DNA of 64,000 bases from NCBI RefSeq assembly GCF_003991155.1, contig NZ_CP031293.1. The stretch is one strand, 5' to 3'. The notes beneath the pieces were generated by a model. That model was given only the letters and a program-made list of their open reading frames with translations. It had not been told where the DNA came from and did no database searches. The first letter of the stretch is position 1; the number at the start of each line of letters is the position of its first letter. A program made the position numbers and the translations under genes. Origin of the DNA: Escherichia coli. GTDB taxonomy: Bacteria > Pseudomonadota > Gammaproteobacteria > Enterobacterales > Enterobacteriaceae. Shown in pieces: positions 11,160-22,347 of the stretch.

Positions 11160-12443
11160 ATGACAGAAGCGATGAAAATTACCCTCTCTACCCAACCTGC
11201 CGATGCGCGCTGGGGAGAAAAAGCAACTTACAGCATTAATAATGATGGCATTACCCTGCATTTGAACGGGGCAGACGATCTGGGGCTGATCCAGCGTGCG
11301 GCGCGCAAGATTGATGGTCTGGGCATCAAACATGTTCAGCTAAGCGGTGAAGGCTGGGATGCGGATCGTTGCTGGGCATTCTGGCAAGGTTACAAAGCTC
11401 CGAAAGGCACACGTAAAGTGGAGTGGCCGGATCTGGACGATGCCCAGCGTCAGGAACTGGATAACCGCCTGATGATCATCGACTGGGTGCGTGACACCAT
11501 TAACGCACCGGCGGAAGAGCTGGGGCCATCGCAACTGGCACAGCGTGCTGTTGATCTGATCAGCAACGTCGCAGGCGATCGTGTGACTTATCGGATCACC
11601 AAAGGTGAAGATCTGCGTGATCAAGGTTATATGGGGCTGCACACGGTCGGGCGCGGTTCAGAACGTTCCCCGGTATTGCTGGCGCTGGATTACAACCCAA
11701 CTGGCGATAAAGAAGCGCCAGTGTACGCGTGCCTGGTAGGTAAAGGTATCACTTTTGACTCCGGCGGCTACAGCATCAAACAGACTGCGTTTATGGACTC
11801 GATGAAGTCGGACATGGGCGGCGCGGCAACGGTTACCGGAGCGCTGGCGTTTGCCATTACGCGCGGACTGAATAAGCGCGTGAAGCTGTTCCTCTGCTGT
11901 GCGGATAACCTGATCAGCGGCAACGCGTTCAAACTGGGCGATATTATTACCTATCGCAACGGTAAAAAAGTTGAAGTGATGAACACTGATGCGGAAGGGC
12001 GTCTGGTGCTGGCCGATGGCCTGATTGATGCCAGTGCGCAGAAACCGGAACTGATCATTGATGCGGCGACCCTCACCGGGGCGGCGAAAACCGCGCTGGG
12101 TAATGATTATCACGCGCTGTTCAGTTTTGACGATGCGCTTGCCGGTCGCTTGCTGGCGAGTGCCGCGCAGGAGAATGAACCGTTCTGGCGTCTGCCGCTG
12201 GCGGAGTTCCACCGCAGCCAGCTGCCGTCTAACTTTGCCGAACTGAACAATACCGGAAGCGCGGCGTATCCGGCAGGTGCAAGTACGGCTGCGGGCTTCC
12301 TGTCGCACTTTGTTGAGAACTATCAGCAAGGCTGGCTGCATATCGACTGCTCGGCGACTTACCGTAAAGCGCCGGTTGAACAGTGGTCTGCGGGTGCTAC
12401 GGGACTTGGTGTGCGCACGATTGCTAATCTGTTAACGGCGTAA
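11160..12443 (+). CDS. pepB: aminopeptidase B PepB (M17 leucyl aminopeptidase family)
   Basis: 427 aa; M17 metal-binding motif NTDAEGRL. Confidence 0.95.
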   Translation: MTEAMKITLSTQPADARWGEKATYSINNDGITLHLNGADDLGLIQRAARKIDGLGIKHVQLSGEGWDADRCWAFWQGYKAPKGTRKVEWPDLDDAQRQELDNRLMIIDWVRDTINAPAEELGPSQLAQRAVDLISNVAGDRVTYRITKGEDLRDQGYMGLHTVGRGSERSPVLLALDYNPTGDKEAPVYACLVGKGITFDSGGYSIKQTAFMDSMKSDMGGAATVTGALAFAITRGLNKRVKLFLCCADNLISGNAFKLGDIITYRNGKKVEVMNTDAEGRLVLADGLIDASAQKPELIIDAATLTGAAKTALGNDYHALFSFDDALAGRLLASAAQENEPFWRLPLAEFHRSQLPSNFAELNNTGSAAYPAGASTAAGFLSHFVENYQQGWLHIDCSATYRKAPVEQWSAGATGLGVRTIANLLTA

Positions 12444-12580
<137 letters not shown>

Positions 12581-12602
12581 CGTTGAATGAATTGTGGTTC
12601 TT

Positions 12603-13379
12603 ATGTCCGAAACAAAAAACGAACTTGAAGACCTGCTGGAAAAAGCAGCAACCGAACCGGCTCACCGCCCGGCCTTTTTCCGTACTCTACTGGAATCCAC
12701 CGTCTGGGTGCCTGGTACGGCGGCGCAGGGCGAGGCAGTAGTTGAAGATAGCGCGCTTGATTTACAGCACTGGGAAAAAGAAGACGGCACCAGCGTCATT
12801 CCTTTTTTTACCTCGTTAGAAGCACTTCAACAGGCGGTTGAAGACGAACAGGCATTTGTCGTAATGCCCGTTCGCACATTGTTTGAGATGACCCTTGGCG
12901 AAACGCTCTTCCTTAATGCCAAACTGCCAACCGGTAAAGAGTTTATGCCGCGTGAAATCAGTTTGTTGATTGGTGAAGAAGGGAATCCGCTGAGTAGCCA
13001 GGAAGTACTGGAAGGCGGTGAATCGCTGATATTATCGGAAGTCGCAGAGCCGCCAGTACAAATGATTGATTCACTCACCACCTTATTTAAAACCATTAAG
13101 CCAGTGAAGCGTGCTTTTATTTGTTTAATTAAAGAGAGCGAAGAGGCACAGCCTAATTTACTTATTGGCATTGAAGCCGATGGTGATATCGAAGAAATTA
13201 TTCAGGCGGCGGGAAGTGTAGCGACCGATACATTACCTGGCGATGAACCCATCGATATTTGTCAGGTGAAAAAAGGGGAAAAAGGAATTAGCCACTTTAT
13301 TACCGAACATATTGCGCCATTCTATGAACGTCGCTGGGGTGGTTTTTTGCGTGACTTTAAACAGAACCGGATAATCTAA
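12603..13379 (+). CDS. sseB: enhanced serine sensitivity protein SseB
   Basis: 258 aa from ATG 12603 (MSETKNELEDLLEKAATEPAHRPAFF...); conserved position between pepB and sseA. Confidence 0.9.
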   Translation: MSETKNELEDLLEKAATEPAHRPAFFRTLLESTVWVPGTAAQGEAVVEDSALDLQHWEKEDGTSVIPFFTSLEALQQAVEDEQAFVVMPVRTLFEMTLGETLFLNAKLPTGKEFMPREISLLIGEEGNPLSSQEVLEGGESLILSEVAEPPVQMIDSLTTLFKTIKPVKRAFICLIKESEEAQPNLLIGIEADGDIEEIIQAAGSVATDTLPGDEPIDICQVKKGEKGISHFITEHIAPFYERRWGGFLRDFKQNRII

Positions 13380-13382
13380 AAT

Positions 13383-13737
13383 ATGCCGCCCCAAAGGGCG
13401 GCATTCGGGCTTACCTGCTGTTCTGAAGGTTGTTAACCACCAATAAATTGTTACCGGAGAGACTCCGGTTATTATTTACCTCGGTTAACAGCGCACCAGA
13501 AACAATAAGTACGATACAAAAGCACCGTATCTTCATTGTGCGGTCCATGCGAAGACCGCATCACGACAGCACCACTGGCGATATTGCCGCGATAGCAAGC
13601 GCTGTGAAACACCTGCATTTACGGCCATGGAACATCCTTTCCTTAAGCCAGCGCCCGTTTGCGAGACGGCGGAAAGGGCCGGTGTCGATAATACGCTAAA
13701 TAAACAATGATTACTCTCTTTCGCTTGACAAAAAGAG
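13383..13737 (-). ncRNA. ryfA: ryfA-like small RNA region (boundaries and strand uncertain)
   Basis: Non-coding sseB-sseA interval where I recall ryfA mapping in K-12. On the minus strand a hairpin GCCGCCC-TTTG-GGGCGGC is followed by ATATTTT (13383-13405), and there is a 10-bp perfect inverted repeat TACTCTCTTT/AAAGAGAGTA at 13708-13737. Confidence 0.3.
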
Positions 13738-13831
13738 AGTTACTGGCGAGTATTGCTTTGCTGTGAAGCACCTGCGTTGCTCATGCAACACAAGCCAATC
13801 TGCTGGAAAGGCCGCGAACCAGACCAGCAAT

Positions 13832-13860
13832 AAAAAACCGCCAAATTCGGCGGTTTTTTA
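13832..13860. terminator. bidirectional rho-independent terminator downstream of sseA
   Basis: AAAAAACCGCC-AAATTC-GGCGGTTTTTT: GC stem flanked by an A-run and a T-run. Confidence 0.8.
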
Positions 13861-13875
13861 TTGCCTGTTAAAAGC

Positions 13876-14721
13876 TTATTTCTCTGGCTCAACCGGTAAA
13901 TCTGCTCGTGCGCCCCATTCACTCCATGCGCCGTCGTACAGTTTCACGTTTGGCACATCAAGTGTCGCGAGTGCCAACAAAACCACGGCTGCCGTTACAC
14001 CAGAGCCGCAGCTGACGATAATCGGTTTGTCATAGCTGACGCCGCGACCAAAAAATATCGCATCCAGTTCATCGGTCGTTTTTAGTTCGCCTTCGCGCAC
14101 CAGTTCCGTCCACGGAACGTTCAATGCACCGGGAATATGTCCGCGACGTAAACCTGGGCGAGGTTCATCAACTTCTGCGTTAAAACGTGCAGCCGGGCGG
14201 GCATCAATAATTTGCGCCGTATTTTCATGGCTTGCCAATAACACATCGGTGACTTTCACCACGGCTTCAGGATTAAACGTGGCGTTAAACTCTCCTTCCG
14301 GCAGCTCTACTGCACCTTCTTCTAACAGCAGATCATCGCGCTGCCAGCCTGCAAGTCCACCCCCCAGAATCGACACTTTCTCTACACCAAAGGTGCGCAG
14401 CATCCACCATGCTCGTGGGGCTGAGAAAAGATTACCTTCGTCATAGATAATCAGGTGCTTATCCTGGTTAACGCCTAATTCACGCATCGCCACGGCGAAC
14501 GTTTCCGGGCGCGGCAGCATGTGCGGAAGCGGGGAAGTGTGATCAGAAAGCGCTTCGATATCAAAAAACACTGCGCCGGGAATATGTCCATTCAGATACT
14601 CCTGAGCAACGTTACGATCTTCCTGTCCAGGCGACGCCATGCGGGCATCGATAATCTGAATTTCCGGGTCATCAATATGTTCGGCGAGCCAGTCGGCTCC
14701 TACAAACCATGTCGTGGACAT
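13876..14721 (-). CDS. sseA: 3-mercaptopyruvate sulfurtransferase SseA (tandem rhodanese)
   Basis: 281 aa from ATG 14721 (MSTTWFVGADWLAEHIDDPEIQ...); active-site CGSGVTA; the track ORF extends further upstream from an alternative start. Confidence 0.93.
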   Translation of the reverse strand: MSTTWFVGADWLAEHIDDPEIQIIDARMASPGQEDRNVAQEYLNGHIPGAVFFDIEALSDHTSPLPHMLPRPETFAVAMRELGVNQDKHLIIYDEGNLFSAPRAWWMLRTFGVEKVSILGGGLAGWQRDDLLLEEGAVELPEGEFNATFNPEAVVKVTDVLLASHENTAQIIDARPAARFNAEVDEPRPGLRRGHIPGALNVPWTELVREGELKTTDELDAIFFGRGVSYDKPIIVSCGSGVTAAVVLLALATLDVPNVKLYDGAWSEWGARADLPVEPEK

Positions 14722-14927
14722 AGGCATCTCCATTTTTGCCGGGGTTAGGCTAAATTGTCGGATGTTTAGTGAAAAGCGACAAGCAAAAGAGGCTGATTTG
14801 GCTGTCTGAGCCACAATTCTCACTAAAATTCGGATTGTATGGGCGTGATACTGAATTACATAACGTAAATTCTCACGCATAATAATTATTCGACGTTGCT
14901 AACGGGCCATTGTGGCAGGGATGAAAA

Positions 14928-17900
14928 ATGAAAAAGTTACGCGTAGCCGCCTGCATGCTAATGCTGGCGCTGGCAGGGTGCGACAACAACGATAACGCGC
15001 CAACAGCGGTGAAAAAAGATGCGCCTTCTGAAGTTACTAAAGCGGCCTCTTCAGAAAACGTGAGTTCAGCAAAACTTTCCGCGCCGGAGCGACAAAAACT
15101 GGCCCAACAGAGTGCCGGTAAGGCGCTGACATTGCTGGATCTCTCTGAAGTTCAACTTGATGGCGCAGCCACGCTGGTGCTGACGTTCTCCATTCCTCTC
15201 GACCCGGATCAGGATTTCTCACGCGTTATCCATGTCGTCGATAAGAAAAGCGGCAAAGTGGATGGTGCCTGGGAGCTGTCAGATAATCTTAAAGAGTTGC
15301 GTTTACGCCACCTCGAACCGAAACGTGATTTGATCGTCACTATTGGCAAGGAGGTCAAAGCACTCAACAACGCAACCTTCAGTAAAGATTACGAAAAAAC
15401 TATAACTACCCGTGATATCCAACCCAGCGTCGGTTTTGCCAGCCGTGGTTCGTTGTTACCTGGTAAAGTTATTGAAGGGCTGCCGGTAATGGCGCTCAAC
15501 GTTAACAATGTCGATGTTAACTTCTTCCGTGTGAAACCAGAATCACTGCCCGCTTTCATTAGCCAATGGGAATACCGCAATTCGCTGGCGAACTGGCAGT
15601 CAGACAAACTGCTGCAGATGGCGGATCTGGTCTACACCGGACGGTTTGATCTCAATCCTGCGCGTAACACCCGTGAAAAATTATTGCTGCCGCTGGGCGA
15701 TATCAAACCGCTTCAGCAGGCGGGCGTGTATCTGGCTGTGATGAATCAGGCTGGACGTTACGATTACAGTAATCCCGCGACGCTGTTTACGTTAAGTGAT
15801 ATTGGCGTTTCAGCTCACCGTTATCACAATCGTCTGGATATCTTTACCCAAAGTCTGGAAAACGGCGCGGCCCAGCAAGGAATAGAAGTCTCTTTATTAA
15901 ATGAGAAAGGGCAGACTCTGACTCAGGCAACCAGTGATGCTCAGGGGTATGTGCAGCTGGAAAATGATAAAAACGCGGCATTACTGCTGGCGCGTAAAGA
16001 CGGTCAGACAACGCTACTCGATTTAAAACTTCCGGCGCTGGACTTAGCAGAATTTAACATTGCTGGCGCACCGGGCTATAGCAAACAGTTTTTCATGTTT
16101 GGCCCGCGCGATCTTTATCGCCCGGGTGAAACAGTCATCCTCAATGGTTTATTGCGTGATGCAGATGGTAAAGCATTGCCCGATCAACCCATCAAGTTAG
16201 ACGTGATTAAACCCGACGGGCAGGTACTCAGGAGCGTCGTTAGTCAGCCGGAGAATGGCCTCTACCACTTTACCTGGTCACTCGATAGCAATGCGGCAAC
16301 CGGTATGTGGCATATTCGCGCTAACACGGGCGATAACCAGTATCGGATGTGGGATTTCCACGTCGAAGATTTTATGCCAGAGCGTATGGCGCTGAATCTG
16401 ACCGGTGAGAAAACCCCGCTAACGCCGAAAGATGACGTGAAATTCTCCGTGGTGGGGTACTACCTGTATGGTGCACCTGCTAATGGTAATACTTTGCAAG
16501 GGCAACTTTTCCTGCGCCCACTGCGTGAAGCTGTGTCAGCCTTACCTGGTTTTGAATTCGGCGATATAGCTGCCGAAAATCTTTCCCGCACGCTGGATGA
16601 AGTTCAGTTGACGCTGGATGATAAAGGGCGTGGCGAAGTTTCTACAGAAAGCCAGTGGAAGGAAACGCATTCCCCATTACAGGTTATTTTCCAGGGTAGT
16701 TTGTTGGAATCGGGCGGTCGCCCGGTGACGCGCCGCGCTGAGCAGGCTATCTGGCCTGCCGATGCATTGCCGGGGATCCGTCCGCAGTTCGCCTCGAAAT
16801 CGGTTTACGATTATCGCACTGACAGCACGGTGAAACAGCCCATTGTTGATGAAGGCAGTAACGCCGCTTTTGACATCGTTTATAGCGATGCGCAAGGCGT
16901 AAAAAAAGCCGTGTCGGGCTTGCAGGTGCGCCTGATTCGCGAACGCCGCGATTACTACTGGAACTGGTCAGAAGATGAAGGCTGGCAGTCACAGTTTGAT
17001 CAAAAAGATCTGATTGAAAATGAACAAACTCTGGATCTTCAGGCGGATGAAACCGGTAAGGTCAGTTTCCCGGTTGAGTGGGGCGCTTATCGTCTGGAAG
17101 TCAAAGCGCCGAATGAAGCGGTCAGTAGTGTGCGTTTCTGGGCTGGCTATAGCTGGCAGGACAACAGCGACGGGGGTGGTGCAGTGCGACCCGACCGTGT
17201 CACGCTGAAACTGGATAAAGCCAGTTATCGCCCTGGCGATACCATTAAGTTGCATATTGCCGCGCCAACGGCGGGTAAAGGTTATGCGATGGTCGAGTCC
17301 AGTGAAGGGCCGCTGTGGTGGCAAGAGATTGATGTTCCGGCTCAAGGGCTGGATCTGACGATTCCGGTCAATAAAACCTGGAATCGTCATGATCTTTATT
17401 TGAGTACGCTGGTGGTGCGTCCTGGCGATAAATCTCGCTCTGCGACGCCAAAACGCGCGGTTGGTGTGTTGCATCTGCCGCTTGGTGATGAAAACCGTCG
17501 CCTCGATCTGGCGCTGGAAACCCCCACCAAAATGCGCCCCAATCAGCCATTAACCGTGAAAATTAAAGCCAGCACTAAAAATGGTGAGATGCCAAAACAG
17601 GTGAATGTGCTGGTGTCTGCCGTTGATAGCGGTGTGCTGAATATTACTGACTACGTTACGCCAGATCCGTGGCAGGCGTTCTTTGGTCAGAAACGCTATG
17701 GCGCAGACATTTACGATATTTACGGTCAGGTTATTGAAGGTCAGGGGCGTCTGGCAGCCCTGCGTTTCGGTGGCGATGGTGATGAGCTGAAACGTGGTGG
17801 TAAACCGCCGGTCAATCACGTCAATATTGTCGCGCAGCAGGCGCTGCCGGTAACGCTCAACGAACAGGGCGAAGGCTCGGTTACACTGCCGATTGGCGAT

Positions 17901-19886
17901 TTTAACGGTGAATTGCGCGTCATGGCGCAAGCCTGGACGGCAGATGACTTCGGAAGCAACGAAAGCAAAGTGATAGTTGCCGCACCGGTGATTGCTGAAC
18001 TGAACATGCCGCGCTTTATGGCGAGTGGCGATACCTCGCGTCTGACGCTGGATATCACTAATCTTACCGATAAACCGCAAAAACTGAACGTTGCCCTGAC
18101 CGCCAGTGGTTTGCTTGAACTGGTCAGCGATTCACCCGCAGCCGTTGAATTAGCGCCAGGTGTGCGTACTACGCTGTTTATCCCGGTGCGAGCATTGCCG
18201 GGTTATGGCGATGGAGAAATTCAGGCCACCATTAGCGGGTTAGCATTACCGGGTGAAACCGTTGCCGATCAGCATAAGCAGTGGAAAATCGGCGTCCGTC
18301 CGGCGTTCCCGGCACAAACGGTTAATTACGGTACGGCGTTACAGCCTGGTGAGACATGGGCGATTCCGGCGGATGGATTGCAAAACTTCTCGCCTGTTAC
18401 GCTGGAAGGGCAATTGTTGTTGAGCGGCAAACCACCGCTGAACATCGCACGTTATATCAAAGAGTTAAAAGCGTATCCGTACGGCTGTCTTGAGCAAACC
18501 GCCAGCGGCCTGTTCCCGTCACTTTATACCAACGCAGCCCAACTGCAGGCGTTGGGCATCAAAGGCGACAGTGATGAGAAACGCCGTGCATCGGTCGATA
18601 TCGGCATTTCCCGTTTGCTGCAAATGCAACGTGATAACGGCGGCTTTGCGCTGTGGGATAAAAACGGTGATGAAGAGTACTGGCTGACGGCTTACGTGAT
18701 GGATTTCCTGGTCCGCGCAGGTGAGCAGGGTTACAGCGTGCCGACAGACGCCATTAACCGGGGGAATGAGCGTCTACTGCGCTATTTACAAGATCCGGGC
18801 ATGATGTCGATTCCGTATGCGGATAATCTCAAAGCCAGTAAATTCGCCGTACAGTCTTACGCTGCGCTGGTGCTGGCCCGTCAGCAAAAAGCTCCACTGG
18901 GTGCGCTGCGTGAAATCTGGGAGCATCGTGCAGATGCCGCTTCTGGTTTACCGCTGCTGCAACTTGGCGTTGCGCAGAAAACCATGGGTGATGCGACGCG
19001 TGGTGAAGAAGCAATTGCGCTGGCGCTGAAAACGCCGCGTAATGATGAGCGGAAATGGCTGGGTGATTACGGTAGCCCACTGCGCGACAACGCGTTAATG
19101 CTCTCCTTGCTGGAAGAAAATAAACTGCTACCCGATGAGCAGAACACTTTGCTGAATACGCTTTCGCAGCAGGCGTTTGGTGAACGCTGGCTATCGACGC
19201 AGGAAAGTAACGCGTTGTTCCTGGCTGCCCGTACGGTTCAGGATTTACCGGGTAAATGGCAGGCGCAAACCTCTTTCTCAGCTGAGCCGCTGACAGGCGA
19301 GAAAACGCTAAACAGCAATCTGAATAGTGATCAACTTGCCACCTTGCAGGTGACCAACAGTGGCGATCAGCCGTTATGGCTGCGTGTGGATGCCAGCGGT
19401 TATCCGCAATCCGCACCTTTACCGGCGAACAATGTGCTGCAAATCGAGCGTCATATTCTTGGTACTGATGGTAAGAGCAAATCGCTGGACTCGTTACGTA
19501 GCGGCGATCTGGTGCTGGTCTGGTTGCAGGTAAAAGCCAGTAACAGCGTGCCGGATGCGTTAGTCGTGGATCTGCTGCCTGCGGGTCTGGAACTGGAAAA
19601 CCAGAATCTGGCGAACGGTAGCGCCAGCCTGGAGCAAAGTGGTGGCGAAGTGCAAAACTTACTGAACCAGATGCAGCAGGCGAGCATTAAGCACATTGAG
19701 TTCCGTGACGATCGCTTTGTGGCGGCGGTTGCCGTTGATGAATACCAACCGGTAACGCTGGTGTATCTGGCGCGGGCGGTGACGCCGGGAACGTATCAGG
19801 TACCGCAACCGATGGTGGAATCAATGTATGTTCCCCAATGGCGGGCGACCGGCGCGGCTGAAGATTTGCTGATTGTCAGACCGTAA
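14928..19886 (+). CDS. yfhM: alpha-2-macroglobulin family lipoprotein YfhM (ECAM)
   Basis: 1652 aa; lipobox LALAGC; thioester motif CLEQ in YPYGCLEQTASG (about nt 18485); stop abuts the pbpC start. Confidence 0.95.
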   Translation: MKKLRVAACMLMLALAGCDNNDNAPTAVKKDAPSEVTKAASSENVSSAKLSAPERQKLAQQSAGKALTLLDLSEVQLDGAATLVLTFSIPLDPDQDFSRVIHVVDKKSGKVDGAWELSDNLKELRLRHLEPKRDLIVTIGKEVKALNNATFSKDYEKTITTRDIQPSVGFASRGSLLPGKVIEGLPVMALNVNNVDVNFFRVKPESLPAFISQWEYRNSLANWQSDKLLQMADLVYTGRFDLNPARNTREKLLLPLGDIKPLQQAGVYLAVMNQAGRYDYSNPATLFTLSDIGVSAHRYHNRLDIFTQSLENGAAQQGIEVSLLNEKGQTLTQATSDAQGYVQLENDKNAALLLARKDGQTTLLDLKLPALDLAEFNIAGAPGYSKQFFMFGPRDLYRPGETVILNGLLRDADGKALPDQPIKLDVIKPDGQVLRSVVSQPENGLYHFTWSLDSNAATGMWHIRANTGDNQYRMWDFHVEDFMPERMALNLTGEKTPLTPKDDVKFSVVGYYLYGAPANGNTLQGQLFLRPLREAVSALPGFEFGDIAAENLSRTLDEVQLTLDDKGRGEVSTESQWKETHSPLQVIFQGSLLESGGRPVTRRAEQAIWPADALPGIRPQFASKSVYDYRTDSTVKQPIVDEGSNAAFDIVYSDAQGVKKAVSGLQVRLIRERRDYYWNWSEDEGWQSQFDQKDLIENEQTLDLQADETGKVSFPVEWGAYRLEVKAPNEAVSSVRFWAGYSWQDNSDGGGAVRPDRVTLKLDKASYRPGDTIKLHIAAPTAGKGYAMVESSEGPLWWQEIDVPAQGLDLTIPVNKTWNRHDLYLSTLVVRPGDKSRSATPKRAVGVLHLPLGDENRRLDLALETPTKMRPNQPLTVKIKASTKNGEMPKQVNVLVSAVDSGVLNITDYVTPDPWQAFFGQKRYGADIYDIYGQVIEGQGRLAALRFGGDGDELKRGGKPPVNHVNIVAQQALPVTLNEQGEGSVTLPIGDFNGELRVMAQAWTADDFGSNESKVIVAAPVIAELNMPRFMASGDTSRLTLDITNLTDKPQKLNVALTASGLLELVSDSPAAVELAPGVRTTLFIPVRALPGYGDGEIQATISGLALPGETVADQHKQWKIGVRPAFPAQTVNYGTALQPGETWAIPADGLQNFSPVTLEGQLLLSGKPPLNIARYIKELKAYPYGCLEQTASGLFPSLYTNAAQLQALGIKGDSDEKRRASVDIGISRLLQMQRDNGGFALWDKNGDEEYWLTAYVMDFLVRAGEQGYSVPTDAINRGNERLLRYLQDPGMMSIPYADNLKASKFAVQSYAALVLARQQKAPLGALREIWEHRADAASGLPLLQLGVAQKTMGDATRGEEAIALALKTPRNDERKWLGDYGSPLRDNALMLSLLEENKLLPDEQNTLLNTLSQQAFGERWLSTQESNALFLAARTVQDLPGKWQAQTSFSAEPLTGEKTLNSNLNSDQLATLQVTNSGDQPLWLRVDASGYPQSAPLPANNVLQIERHILGTDGKSKSLDSLRSGDLVLVWLQVKASNSVPDALVVDLLPAGLELENQNLANGSASLEQSGGEVQNLLNQMQQASIKHIEFRDDRFVAAVAVDEYQPVTLVYLARAVTPGTYQVPQPMVESMYVPQWRATGAAEDLLIVRP

Positions 19887-22199
19887 ATGCCTCGCTTGTT
19901 AACCAAACGCGGCTGCTGGATAACGCTGGCAGCTGCGCCATTTCTCCTTTTTCTTGCAGCGTGGGGAGCAGATAAACTCTGGCCTCTACCGCTGCATGAA
20001 GTCAATCCCGCACGAGTGGTTGTGGCGCAGGATGGGACGCCGCTCTGGCGCTTTGCCGATGCGGAAGGCATCTGGCGTTATCCGGTAACAATCGAAGATG
20101 TTTCTCCACGTTACCTTGAAGCGCTGATCAATTATGAAGATCGCTGGTTCTGGAAGCATCCGGGGGTGAATCCATTCTCGGTGGCGCGCGCAGCATGGCA
20201 AGATCTCACTTCGGGAAGGGTTATTTCCGGTGGCAGCACGCTCACTATGCAGGTTGCTCGTCTGCTTGATCCTCACCCCAAAACATTTGGCGGCAAAATT
20301 CGCCAGCTCTGGCGCGCGTTGCAACTGGAGTGGCATCTGTCTAAGCGTGAAATTCTGACCTTGTATCTTAACCGCGCTCCATTTGGCGGTACGTTGCAGG
20401 GGATCGGTGCGGCAAGTTGGGCTTATCTCGGAAAATCGCCTGCGAATTTAAGCTATTCCGAGGCGGCAATGCTGGCGGTGTTGCCGCAAGCGCCCAGCCG
20501 ACTGCGCCCGGATCGCTGGCCGGAACGTGCCGAAGCCGCGCGTAATAAAGTGCTCGAACGGATGGCTGCGCAAGGTGTGTGGTCCCGTGAGCAGGTAAAA
20601 GAATCAAGGGAAGAACCCATCTGGCTGGCACCCCGACAAATGCCGCAACTGGCACCGCTGTTTTCGCGCATGATGCTCGGTAAAAGCAAAAGCGACAAAA
20701 TCGTTACTACGCTGGATGCCGGTCTTCAACGACGTCTGGAAGAACTGGCGCAAAACTGGAAAGGACGATTACCACCGCGCAGCTCACTGGCGATGATCGT
20801 GGTTGATCATACCGATATGCGTGTTCGCGGCTGGGTGGGTTCGGTTGATCTCAACGATGATTCACGCTTTGGTCATGTTGATATGGTCAATGCGATCCGA
20901 TCGCCAGGATCGGTGCTCAAACCGTTTGTTTACGGTCTGGCGCTGGATGAAGGATTGATCCACCCGGCATCACTGCTGCAAGACGTCCCCCGGCGTACCG
21001 GTGACTACCGACCTGGCAACTTTGACAGCGGTTTTCATGGCCCGATCAGCATGAGTGAGGCGCTGGTGCGATCGCTGAACTTACCTGCTGTGCAGGTGCT
21101 GGAAGCCTATGGACCGAAACGGTTTGCGGCAAAGTTACGCAATGTTGGATTGCCGTTATATTTGCCCAACGGTGCTGCACCGAATCTTTCGCTCATTCTC
21201 GGCGGCGCTGGCGCAAAACTGGAAGATATGGTGGCAGCGTATACCGCGTTTGCTCGCCACGGCAAGGCAGGCAAATTGCGCTTACAGCCTGACGATCCGC
21301 TGCTTGAACGGCCTTTAATGTCGTCGGGGGCTGCGTGGATCATTCGCCGGATTATGGCTGATGAAGCGCAACCCTTGCCGGATGGTGCCTTGCCGCGCGT
21401 CGCCCCACTGGCATGGAAAACGGGCACCAGCTATGGCTATCGTGATGCCTGGGCGATTGGGGTTAACGCTCGCTATGTCATTGGGATCTGGACTGGCAGA
21501 CCGGACGGCACGCCCGTTGTTGGTCAGTTTGGCTTTGCCAGCGCCGTACCATTGTTGAATCAGGTCAATAATATCTTACTGTCGCGCAGTGCGAATCTGC
21601 CGGAAGACCCACGTCCTGACTCTGTAAGTCGTGGCGTTATCTGCTGGCCGGGCGGACAGTCTTTGCCGGAAGGTGACGGTAACTGTCGCCGCCGCCTGGC
21701 AACCTGGCTGCTGGACGGGAGTCAGCCGCCAACTCTATTACTGCCGGAGCAGGAAGGCATTAATGGCATTCGTTTCCCCATCTGGCTGGATGAAAACGGC
21801 AAACGTGTTGCCGCTGATTGCCCTCAGGCGCGACAAGAAATGATAAATGTCTGGCCGCTACCGCTGGAACCCTGGTTGCCCGCATCAGAACGCCGCGCTG
21901 TGCGCTTACCACCGGCCTCGACAATTTGCCCGCCATACGGTCACGATGCACAACTCCCACTGCAGCTGACAGGTGTTCGCGATGGCGCGATTATTAAACG
22001 TTTACCGGGCGCAGCGGAAGCGACTTTGCCGTTGCAATCAAGTGGAGGGGCAGGTGAACGCTGGTGGTTTCTGAATGGCGAACCGTTAACTGAACGCGGG
22101 CACAACGTGACCCTGCATTTGATGGATAAAGGCGATTATCAATTGCTGGTGATGGATGAGGTGGGGCAAATCGCGACAGTGAAATTTGTCATGCAATAG
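19887..22199 (+). CDS. pbpC: penicillin-binding protein 1C (PbpC)
   Basis: 770 aa; glycosyltransferase and transpeptidase motifs (SxxK as SVLKPF); ATG immediately follows the yfhM TAA. Confidence 0.94.
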   Translation: MPRLLTKRGCWITLAAAPFLLFLAAWGADKLWPLPLHEVNPARVVVAQDGTPLWRFADAEGIWRYPVTIEDVSPRYLEALINYEDRWFWKHPGVNPFSVARAAWQDLTSGRVISGGSTLTMQVARLLDPHPKTFGGKIRQLWRALQLEWHLSKREILTLYLNRAPFGGTLQGIGAASWAYLGKSPANLSYSEAAMLAVLPQAPSRLRPDRWPERAEAARNKVLERMAAQGVWSREQVKESREEPIWLAPRQMPQLAPLFSRMMLGKSKSDKIVTTLDAGLQRRLEELAQNWKGRLPPRSSLAMIVVDHTDMRVRGWVGSVDLNDDSRFGHVDMVNAIRSPGSVLKPFVYGLALDEGLIHPASLLQDVPRRTGDYRPGNFDSGFHGPISMSEALVRSLNLPAVQVLEAYGPKRFAAKLRNVGLPLYLPNGAAPNLSLILGGAGAKLEDMVAAYTAFARHGKAGKLRLQPDDPLLERPLMSSGAAWIIRRIMADEAQPLPDGALPRVAPLAWKTGTSYGYRDAWAIGVNARYVIGIWTGRPDGTPVVGQFGFASAVPLLNQVNNILLSRSANLPEDPRPDSVSRGVICWPGGQSLPEGDGNCRRRLATWLLDGSQPPTLLLPEQEGINGIRFPIWLDENGKRVAADCPQARQEMINVWPLPLEPWLPASERRAVRLPPASTICPPYGHDAQLPLQLTGVRDGAIIKRLPGAAEATLPLQSSGGAGERWWFLNGEPLTERGHNVTLHLMDKGDYQLLVMDEVGQIATVKFVMQ

Positions 22200-22347
22200 T
22201 CTGTTTTGTCCCTGATTGTTGCTTAAACTAGGTTTATTTTAAAAAAATGTTACCTTCATCAATAGTCAACGGCTCTGTTGCTCATTATAATCCGCGCCAT
22301 CTCGTACGCTGGTACAGACAACAACAGAACAATTTACAGAGGTAAAA

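Noticed and set aside
13430..13699. 89-aa plus-strand ORF in the sseB-sseA interval
   Set aside because: Depends on a non-ATG start, has no SD and an Arg-rich composition; the region is more plausibly the ryfA sRNA locus.
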